From NCBI GenBank assembly GCA_000934665.2, contig KZ538335.1, forward strand, positions 1 to 64,000: a stretch of DNA of 64,000 nucleotides, in the 5' to 3' direction. Below, piece by piece: positions 10,101 to 19,100 of this stretch. Under the pieces are notes generated by a model, which saw only the letters and a list, made by a program, of their open reading frames with translations, was not told where the DNA came from and searched no databases. Source of the stretch: Catajapyx aquilonaris. Its lineage: Eukaryota. The translations under genes and the position numbers were made by a program. Position 1 is the stretch's first letter; every line of letters starts with the position of its first letter.

Positions 10101-12831
10101 ATTCAAAGCAAATGGGATGTGTGGCAATGAAGTCCATTAAGCGAAAGAACTATCTGACGTCACGGCTATTCCCTCCAATCATGTCTCCGAATCGCTCTGC
10201 AAGCATCTGCGCATGCGGCTGGTGTGACGTCAGATCGTTCTTTGGCTTATTGACTCACCTGGACTGCTCCGAAGCATATGGAAAGAGCGCAAGCGAAGAT
10301 GAGTATGTTCATTGCTAGTGCTACTCCATACAGTGCTAGAAATTGCCACGACTAATTAGTACGCATACTGTAAATATAACGTGTCACTAATTACCAGTGT
10401 TTTCCTCCAACTTGGAGTGATGCACATCTGGTGGCTGGTATAATATCAGCGCAACTCTAACGATGCTCACTACCTGCAATGTAACATACCCTTGTTGAAT
10501 GTTATTGTTAATTAGTATATAAACAACTTACGAGCTCGACAGCGCCTATAATAATACATCCAAATCTGGTAGAGCAGCAGAAGCACCTGGCGACTATAGC
10601 TTTAGACATTGCGGTCTAGATACCGCCTTTTCGCTTACTACGTTCTCATGACATGGTACCGGTAGCATCATGTCCCGCAGAATTATAAACAGACCTACTA
10701 ATAGATCAGCAAGTATTTCAGGAACTTGGGGGGCATGTGGCACATATCAGCACAGGGTGGTACATTGCCCAAGAGATCGTGGAAAAAGGCGTGGCCGTGT
10801 AGATACGCATGTGGCAGTGAGGGAGTTTGAAGCGAGATAGGCGCATGCAAAGTGGTCCAATCGATGTGCTGGATTGAGAGGGAAAAAGAGGTGCTGGGGA
10901 CGCATGCGAATCGGGGACTGATATGCAGATTGGGTGGATGTTCCAGGAAAAGGAGGAGCTGGAGAGCAGCAAGCTCCTGCTGGAAAGAGAGGTTTCGGCC
11001 CTCCAGGAGACGCTCCAGGCCACTTCCAGGGCGCTCAGCAACACAAACTCGGACCTTTCCCTGCTCCAGACGCAGTCCAGGCAGATCAAAGGTATGTACT
11101 GTTCACACGATGTTGTTGTCCAGTTAATAAGTAAAGAGTGTCCCATTTGCTTGAACGCAGAGGAGTCGAAACTGAACGAGCAGCTGTGGAAGAAGCACCA
11201 GGCGGACAACCAGAACTTTGTGGACAGCGTGTCCAACATGCTGAAGGACGCTGGTCGCCAAGCAGAGTCCAACGAGACCTCGATAAGGGAATCGCTCAGA
11301 GAACTACTGATGGACCTAAAAGACAAGACAACTGTAAGACTCTCTAATCAAGTGACAATATACAAGTAATGTGATTGTTTTGAAAAAGCTTCTAGATGCC
11401 CTGCGCAATAAGGTGTCCGGAATAAGCGAGGAGCTGCAGCGACAGACGGAGACCAGCGAATCGCTGTCCCGTCAGATGAGGGACCTGAGAGAGGACAAAT
11501 GCAACGCGGACGAGAGCGCCAGGAAGCTGGACGGTGAGGTGGCCAATCTGCAGGTCATGAGAGACCAGCTTTTAAGAAACCAGAACAAGTTTTACGAGTT
11601 CTTGGACGAGCTGGCTCAGGCGATGAAGATGGAGGAAGTGTCCAGAGAAGGCGTCGGGTTCGAACTCCAATCAGAGACTTTGCTAGCTAGAGCTGAACAA
11701 CTAGTTCGCATGGAGACCGACAAGTTAGCAGGAAAGGTATTGCGTTGTCTCTTTTGTTCTCCGTACCCTACTAACAACTAAATGGGGCATTAAATTTTTT
11801 TATACAAGACCTCAGCTGTGTATCAGCTGCAACGACGTGTTAAGAACCTTCAGGAGCAGATTAGGAAGAAGGAGGTTCACCTGGATCTCCTTCGGCGGAA
11901 GGTTCAGATCCTGGAAGAAGGGGTTCGCTCCAGGGGTACCTTGGAGGAACAGCGTGACGATGCGATCACCAAGTTAAGATCGTTAAGATAGGCTCACACT
12001 AGAGTCGTTGGTCGTTGTATACTACTAACGTCTTGTGTTTTTACAGAATGAGACGCCTGCTGAAGACGACAGAGAGGCTGGAGTTCCAGGCTGGAGAAGC
12101 CAATGCGCACATTAGGAGTCTGAAGGCTGAACTGGCCGACGCAGCTGAATTCAAGGTATTATGATGAGGGTCCTCCAGTTGACCATCCAGTTACCGGAGT
12201 AAATTGTTCGTAGATTGCGGCTTTAGAGCGTGGACGACAAGTTGAGGAACTTCAGAAGCGTCTGTCCGACATGGATTTGGTGCGGACCAAGAGCACTCGA
12301 AAGATCCTGATGACGAAGGACCAGGTGAAGAGGCTATCAAATATGCCGTACAATGTGTCTGATGTGTATCAATTGCAGCTCCGAGCAACCACGGAGTCTC
12401 TAGAGCAGGAGAGGATGGTGAACGAGCAGCGTACCCGTATGCTGCGAGACGAGCTGTCCGACACCAAGATGGCGCTGACGGAGACCCAACGACGGTTGAA
12501 CCAACTGCTGGAGCTCAGAGACTCCGTGTCCCGCACGTTGGGACTGGAGGCTCCTCCGACGGACATCGACTTGCTGTCCAGGCTGGACAAGGTGGTACGG
12601 GCCAGACGGGAGTACGCGCTGGTGTCGCGTCGGTACGACGACATGCGCAACTCTGCGATTGCAGGGGTGTCGCAGCCGTCCGGGGTGACGCTGCAGGTGC
12701 CGCTCTCGCCCTCAGGACACCACGGTTTGCTGGACGACTCCGGGTACTTGGATCCAGACGACACCTTCAGGGACGACGTGGACACCATTTACAACAGGAG
12801 ACCGCAGAAGTCACCAGTTCCTCACGTGTGA
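4183..12831 (+). CDS. CCDC170: Coiled-coil domain-containing protein 170-like, ~736 aa, 13 exons
   Basis: Phase-consistent GT-AG exons 4183-4251, 5575-5649, 5711-5842, 5898-6022, 6095-6233, 6289-6456, 10947-11091, 11161-11333, 11389-11736, 11809-11972, 12047-12155, 12214-12324, 12379-12831. Motifs SELAAL, AARQSAIITSLKKRLQ, FYEFLDELAQAMKMEEVSREGVGFELQSETLLARAEQLVRME, KEVHLDLLRRKVQILEE and LKAELADAAEFK parallel vertebrate CCDC170 as recalled. The first exon is the least certain. Confidence 0.88.
4455..4890 (+). repeat. Minisatellite (~39-50 bp units, about 9-10 copies) in CCDC170 intron 1, containing a CTCF-like core
   Basis: Unit GTTAGGGG(G)TGAGTTCGCGACTTCC(A/G)C(A/G)CCATCTAGC(G/T)G followed by either GAGGTAGTCAC or TAC, repeated in tandem. 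Confidence 0.95.
5248..5261 (+). promoter_or_regulatory. RFX X-box candidate
   Basis: ATTGTC-AT-GGAAAC fits the RYYRYY-N1-3-RRNRAC X-box pattern and lies in intron 1 of a cilia/microtubule-associated gene. Confidence 0.5.
6712..7128 (-). CDS. Four-TM family copy A: exon3+exon4 module only (no own exons 1-2); alternative terminal exons or truncated duplicate
   Basis: Exons 7128-7052 and 6981-6712 have intact AG/GT sites, the same phases as copies B-D and an open frame to TAA. Only copy B's 3' UTR separates it from copy B's stop at 7282. Confidence 0.7.
7282..8244 (-). CDS. Nested small four-transmembrane protein, copy B (184 aa; LAPTM-like/arthropod DUF4728-like architecture)
   Basis: Exons 8244-8167, 8067-7965, 7725-7649, 7578-7282, phase-consistent. 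MSKVVFTPCCCCPTEVGCIVVGGVDI...LSLCFGTIKGRRNFLIPLMVTQ...MLRIWFLLVVLKHYDKLK has four hydrophobic segments. The family assignment is by architecture only. Confidence 0.8.
8629..8708 (-). pseudogene. Degenerate fragment of a copy-D-type last exon
   Basis: AGAAGACCACGACCACTAGAAAGCAAATGCACAACACTATTCCATCCAATCACATACACCGTGTAGCAGGGGATGCTG aligns with 9921-9991 of copy D exon 4, with indels. Confidence 0.65.
8717..9498 (-). CDS. Nested small four-transmembrane protein, copy C (168 aa)
   Basis: Exons 9498-9421, 9289-9187, 9110-9034, 8965-8717, phase-consistent. MSKIVFTPCCCCPTEVGCFAIGAVDI...GRRNFLIPLMVMQ...; the upstream region 9499-9760 is a duplicate of copy B's upstream region 8245-8590. Confidence 0.8.
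9886..10609 (-). CDS. Nested small four-transmembrane protein, copy D (146 aa; most divergent)
   Basis: Exons 10609-10532, 10473-10395, 10335-10259, 10092-9886, phase-consistent. MSKAIVARCFCCSTRFGCIIIGAVEL...LSICFGAVQGRRHFLIPLMVMQ...CFLIVVFSHYHLLKERQN*. Confidence 0.8.
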
Positions 12832-14005
12832 CCGGTAGTACGTCAGAGCAGCCCATTAGCCTATTTTCACACAAAAATGACACAGCGGAGTTTGAATCAC
12901 TAAGGGCCTTGTAGTTATGAAATACTTGCAGTGTACGTGTTGGCACACATTTGACTTGAGGACACATGACACATGTAGAGGAAAACTGTTTTGATGCAAA
13001 TATTTTATCCGAACACGACGATATCAAGGCAGCTGGTACGATATTAGGACTGCGGCACTTCCTGTTACAATAATGTTCCGTCTTGTAAGTAGTGTAAATA
13101 AATGTTTACATCAGATGACACCTGAAAATAAAAACCACGTACCGGTGTGTATAGCCTATATATTGCAGGAGAATTATGTTGCCAGTAATTACATGAATAA
13201 AAATACTGCCTGCTCAGGGAATGGGGGTGGAGAGGGGGGGGGGGGAGTAAGGAGAAATGGAAAGAGACATGTATAGAGGCCAAGCCGTACACGAAAATTT
13301 TGCCTATCTAAAATCGCGTCGACGTTCTGCGCATCCCCACTTACTTTTTTAAAAAGTCAGCGATATTCAACTGAACACCACTGTCAAGTAGTGGCGCATC
13401 TCCCATTCAGTGGAAACCAGATTTATTAATTTTAATAGACGGGAAAAAAAATGAAGTGCCCGATGAGGTATCGAACGCCTGTCCTTCTGGCCAGTAGACG
13501 ACGACTCTATCATCTCGCCTAAAATGCTGTCAACTCCTTATCGCCCATCCCTTTGGCTTGCTCACTCTTCTTATCAGAAAGAGGGCTATCAATACACCCG
13601 ATTCATTCCAGAGAATCCGACAGGGGGGACCTCCTATCCAGTTCTGTGGGTCATCGAAAGCCTAATATTAGGGCCTTTCAGGTCAAAGGTCAGCCTGCAA
13701 CAAACCATGGGAAATGCCCTAAAAAGTGTGCAGGTTCATTTGCATGTGCTTGTGAGTGGATAGGACCTGTAGTTAAATTTTTAGGGGTGAATATTTGGGG
13801 GGCTAGGGTTTGAGAATGGAACTCCCTGGTATAAGACAAATGTAGGACTATGGGGTGCGTAGGGTGGGGGCTGCCGGGATGGACAACACAAGCGAAGCCA
13901 CTCGATCATTTAATAGACTTTTTATTTTTATGACTTTTTTCTTCGAAAAAAGTGACCGCCCCCTCCCATTAAGCAGGTGTCTTAAGAATTTCCAAAAATT
14001 TTAAA

Positions 14006-14549
14006 CCGGGCGCCAATGACAGGGGATCAAAAGACCGCAGGAGGTAGGAAGCCAGCTGCGGGATCGAAAATGTCTGCCTTGCATACCCTCAATTTTGGGT
14101 CAATAGCCTGCTACCTCTTGCGCCTGTCTACCTCTAGCCTTCTTTTGATACCCTAGTATGGGCCATAAGGAAAAATCGGCGAGATTGACGATCTAGCCGA
14201 TTTTTATAATGCCTAAAGACTTAACCGTAGGAGGTAGGAAGCCAGCTGCGGGATCCAAAATGTCTCCCTTGTATACCTCCCATTTTGGATCCCGCAGCTG
14301 GCTTCCTACCTCCTACGGTTAAGCCTTCTTTTGATCCCCTAGCATTATAAAAATCGGCTAGATCGTCAATCTCGCCAATTTTTCCTTACGGCCCATACTA
14401 GGGTATCAAAAGAAGGCTAGAGGTAGACAGGCGCAAGAGGTAGCAGGCTATTGACCCAAAAATGGAGGGTATGCAAGGCAGACATTTTCGATCCCGCAGC
14501 TGGCTTCCTACCTCCTGCGGTCTTTTGATCTCCTGTCATTGGCGCCCGG
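14006..14549. mobile_element. Near-perfect ~545-bp palindromic non-autonomous DNA transposon (MITE/foldback) flanked by TTTAAA
   Basis: Starts CCGGGCGCCAATGACAGG and ends CCTGTCATTGGCGCCCGG. The arms pair nearly to an 18-nt central spacer at ~14263-14280. The internal subrepeat GGAGGTAGGAAGCCAGCTGCGGGATC occurs twice per arm. TTTAAA lies on both sides (14000-14005, 14550-14555). Confidence 0.88.
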
Positions 14550-14635
14550 TTTAAACCAAAATTAAGAGCCTTGAAGACATACTGCATCTGGTAAATAGGC
14601 TAGACCCTTCCAACACTCACACCCTCGTTGCACCT

Positions 14636-14705
14636 GAGCGTGGCTCAGAGGTAGCGCATCGGACTCCCAATCGGGAGATGCGGGTTCAAATCCCGGGTCT
14701 CCACG
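14636..14705 (+). pseudogene. tRNA-derived/SINE-like head with Pol III A and B boxes
   Basis: A box TGGCTCAGAGG (14641-14651) and B box GGTTCAAATCC (14683-14693) at tRNA-like spacing. The imperfect anticodon arm (loop CTCCCAA) and poor acceptor stem argue against a functional tRNA. Confidence 0.65.
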
Positions 14706-15689
14706 GTTGAGAGCCCGAAAAAAAAATTTGCAGCCGACCTATCTGGCCAAGATGGCGACTTGTGAAATTCTGTATCCGAAACATCTTCCGATAAGTTGAG
14801 ACTTGGAGGATGTGGAAGAGGGGGGGGGGGGTGGAGAGGATGAGGATGAGGAGGAGGATGTGGGGGGAGAGAACTTTTTTTGGAAATTTTGAAGACACCT
14901 GCTGAATGGGAGGGGGCGGTCACTTTTTTCGAAGAAAAAAGTCACAAAAATAAAAAGTCATCCAAATGATCAAGTGGCTTCGCTTGTGTTGTCCATCCCG
15001 GCAGCCCCCACCCTACACACCCCATAGTTCCTACATTTGTCTTATACCAGGGATTCCCATTCTCAAACCTATTAGCCCCCCAAATATTCACCCCTAAAAA
15101 TTTAACTACAGGTCCTATCCACTCACAATCACATGCAAATGAACCAGCACACCTTTTAGGGCATTTCCCATGGTTTGTTGCAGGCTGACCTTTGACCTAA
15201 GAGGCCCTAATATTAGGTTTTTGGTCCGAGGCCAGGCCCTACCTCGGTCTTCATCCGTCGGATCTTTCGTAATGAGACTGTATACAGAGCACAGTACATA
15301 GATATACAGTATATCTCCCGATGTGAAGATGTATATGCCCCTAGCCAAATGCTGTCTGATGGTATCAGTATGGATGTGACGTAGGCGAGTGGTCATCGCC
15401 GTCACCTCCTTGGGGTCATCAGGACGGTCATTCGGCATCACTGTGTCGTGGCATTGCTCTATGGATTAATAAAATAATAAATCCCCACCCGCTTCTGCTG
15501 TGGGTGGAGATGCGCAGATCGTCGACGCGGTTTTAGATAGTCTATTTTCATCCAATGCTTCATGTAGGAAATAAAAATAATTTTATTTCCCATTCCCCAC
15601 CCCCTCCCATCCTCTTTGCCCTTCTTGACCCGGAAGATGAAGAGGATGATCTTGGCCTGAACTGACGGCAACAAATATTTTACTCACTC

Positions 15690-15802
15690 TCACTCGTGAT
15701 TTGAACCCGGAACTCTAGATTGAGAGTCGAGAGCGCTGCTAACATGGCCAACTAGTACCAGCTGCTCTCATGTGGCAATCGGAAGGTCTAGCCTATTTAC
15801 CA
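15690..15802 (-). pseudogene. Second tRNA-like/SINE-like module sharing its upstream motif with the 14636 copy
   Basis: On the - strand: TGGTAAATAGGCTAGACCTTCC (same as 14589-14610), then TGGCCATGTTAGCAGCGC...CGACTCTCAATCTAGAGTTCCGGGTTCAAATC, followed by GGCCAAGAT as in the first copy. Confidence 0.55.
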
Positions 15803-16199
15803 ATTCAAGATTTTTGATGTTTTTGCCTTCACTTCATTACTATCTGTTATTGTAGCTTGTTAATAGTGGCTTTGTATTTTTTTAAAAAAAAGCTGATTAC
15901 ATTTTCGAATATTTTAGTATGGATTTTAAGAGAATTTAAAACTAGGATTGAAAATACCATCTTGCATAATATGACCTCTACTATAAATAGTATAATAAAC
16001 CTTACCTGGCCATCCCAGCAGATTCCTCTTCATCCTGACATGCATGCAACATAACTGCCACTCTTGACCACAGAACACCATACTTTACAGGCGCACCTCA
16101 ACTATACCATGTCAAAAAAAGAGCTGTCCTGTAAACTGTAAAAATGTTGTCAGGATATTGTAAATGAACGACAAGTACCGGAGCTTACTGAAAATAATG

Positions 16200-19100
16200 T
16201 ACGGTATAGTTTATTGCCTAATATTCCACTTGTAAGCCGGGGGCTCGGGCGGGGAGCGGGTGGGGAAACCTCTCCATTGTAATCCACATTTTTTTGGGGG
16301 GTTCATTTTTCTCTCTCATTATTATCATTATTTTTTTTTACAGTTTCTCTCTTACCCGACCTCCTGTCCATCTCTCACTTCCTCCTGAAGTACCCCACCT
16401 GACTCTTCCCCGGGTCACTCATAGAGCTCTGTCTCTTTGTACATTGAAGATGACCCAGAGGAAAAGCAGGTGTTGGAACTGCAGGTCACAAAAGACAGCA
16501 CAACAAGTTCAGTGTTATCTCTCTTTAAAAAGGGGGGTTTGGGGGGGTATAGCAAACTGGTAAAAAGTCCCCACAACCCCCTCCCCATTTCCCCATCTCT
16601 CATCTTTCTCTCTCTCACTCTCTCTCTTCTACCGTACCCTTACTTCCTACACCGAACAGAAAAAGGAAGCCAACACAATACCTATCGAGGACAGGACGTC
16701 AAAATGTACACACGCGGCCAAAAAAGGGGGGAGGATACCCTTTTTTTATTTATTTTAAATATATTAAATAGAAAAAATTGGGTTTATTATTATTAATTTT
16801 TTTAAGCTGCTGTGCTTCGCCACTGACTTTGGCTCTTCCTCTTCTGACTAGTCTATGTGACCGAAACAAACTTGGATTTTTTTATTATTTATTTTGTTTG
16901 AAAAAGAAAAAAAGGTGGTGATGTCGTCTCCACTAGTCTTTTGATTGGGTACATTTTTTGCTCTTTTTGAGGCAGTTACGTTTGATTTCGGTTTTTTTTT
17001 TGGACCACAGCAGTGGTGGATGTGTGATATGAAAAAAAGGTCAGAGGTCAGTCCTCTTCCCATCTTAGTATTGTAATAATACCATTAACGATTTCCCTCC
17101 CACATAACCCCCCCTTTAAAAAAAAAAAAAAATCCCCCAGGAACATCGCGTACTTCCTTCTGCCGCACATTTTTTCTTGTTCACTTCTTCCCGATGATTT
17201 CAACAAAAAAAAAGGACCTTTGTACATCTCAATTTACACCCACACAAACATGAAGAGTGGCTTTTCAAGCTGGAATTACTGTCACCTAAGCAGGAAAGCA
17301 GCAATTATTAATCCTTCTTCTTCCTCCTTGTAACCATCTGCTTGGGGGAAAATCAGCCATAATAATAATAGTTCATAATATTAATAATAATAATAATCAT
17401 AATAATAATAATAATAGTCGTAATAATGATAATATTAAAAGAGGAATCTACTTTGTACAAGTTGCACAGTAAAAAGACACTTCTGTTCAAATAATCAACA
17501 ATTGGGGAGTCAATCCATAATCACAAAAAAAAGTCACAAAAATAATTCCAATCGGCCAGGGAGGGTAGATATAATAATTATTGTTTTAAAAAAAATGGGC
17601 TGCCGCATTATTATTATTTTTTTTTTTGGCAGAAGGGAAGTAGATCCATCTATCCCTAACACACAGCTAACTCATTCTGGCCCCCATAAAAACACCACAC
17701 TGACTCTTTCTTCATCGCCTTCCTCATCTTTTCACAATTTATATTTATTTTAAAAAAATGAAAAGAAAACAACAAAACAAATACCTTTTTTTAAATTTAA
17801 ATAAAGCCATTTGTTTGTTCTCTTTCTCTCTCTATCATTCTCTCTCTCTCAGTCTCGCCTTCGTGTAGCCATCCCAAAAAAAAAAAAAAAAAAAAAACTA
17901 TTTCCAACGCCCCCAGGAAAGTATCAGTAGCAACAACACTTCAATCAAAAAAAGACTAGATCAGCCTGTTCTTACCCCTCCCAATATTTACGCCCGTAAA
18001 TAAATAACTGTATAATAACAATAGTGCAAATGGGCAGTGTGGGTGACAATATTTAAAAAGGGTTGGAAATAGGTGGTTTAAAAAAAAAAATTATCTCATA
18101 TCTGAAAGTTGGTCGCAGTCGACTAGACCCAACCCTCCAAAAGAAAAAAAACAACACAAACATATCCTACTATAGTTAACTGTGCAGAGAACAGACTTTC
18201 TTTGACTATATAATTGAACCGTTTGATCAATCATTGAAACTGAAAACCTGAGGTGAATCATCACTCCGGAGGGGACATTGTCCTCCCCTAACAGCTATTT
18301 GCAACCGGAACAGTCAAAAATATTGCATTGCAGCCGGTTTTATAATATCAGGGGGGAAAAAAATTAGGCGGCCGCATCTTATGACGTCACGACCGCCTGC
18401 AGGAACGTTATACCCCAGTTTCCGGTTGCAAATATACAAATATCTGATACTTTCCTGCGACATTTTCCGCCAGAAAAATTGGGGGGATACTTGGGGGGTG
18501 TAGGGGAAACGGGAGAGAAAACTATTCTGCTCGACAGTAAACAGACAAATTGTCCTTTGCGTAATTACGATAATAATTACTTGGGTACACAACAGCCACC
18601 AATGAGAATACAGCTAGGTCTCTCTATGCACTAATAGTTTTTTCAGCACAGGGCCTTTTTTTTGTAGAGTGTAATTATTTAATTACTCATTTTTTTCACC
18701 AGGTAAAAATCACAAATGGCAAAAAAGTTTTGATTTCTTTCTTCTCGTCCCCACGTACTCACGCATGCTCCCACACACTCGCACGTCATTAATATCCCCA
18801 TTTTTTTTTTTTGGTTCCTCCCTCAGACTAAAGTATTCGCGGAGAAAAAAACAACAACAAATTTGCACACACTCAACACGTGTGAAAAAACATGATGGCG
18901 TCACTTCCGCCCAGCAAATAAAAGGGGGAAACAGTTAAAACTCCTGAGATGCAACATTTGCTGGGTGCACGTGAGGCCTCAAAAAGCAGCCCTTCTGATT
19001 AATTTTTTTTTTAAGTTTTGAATTTTTTTTTTAAAGCAGAGTTTGCATGGGCCAACAAACACTGATAAAATGAGAGAGGAACACCTATACACACTTGGGT

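Larger units (their letters stand above)
13661..15217. mobile_element. ~340-bp diverged inverted repeats (13661-13998 and 14877-15217): foldback-like element or two head-to-head copies of one repeat
   Basis: The left arm CCTAATATTAGGGCC...GAATTTCCAAAAA is the reverse complement of the right arm TTTTTGGAAATT...GGCCCTAATATTAGG, with scattered substitutions. No clear TSD. Confidence 0.8.

Noticed and set aside
10718..12788. Minus-strand ORFs 10718-11326 and 12369-12788
   Set aside because: Antisense to well-supported CCDC170 exons.
14636..14705. Functional tRNA-Gly(CCC)
   Set aside because: The anticodon and acceptor stems do not pair properly, and the sequence is embedded in repeats; treated as tRNA-derived.
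15340..15441. Possible non-LTR retrotransposon C-terminal fragment (RLRHIHTDTIRQHL)
   Set aside because: Too short, with no RT or endonuclease motifs nearby; cannot be supported without a search.
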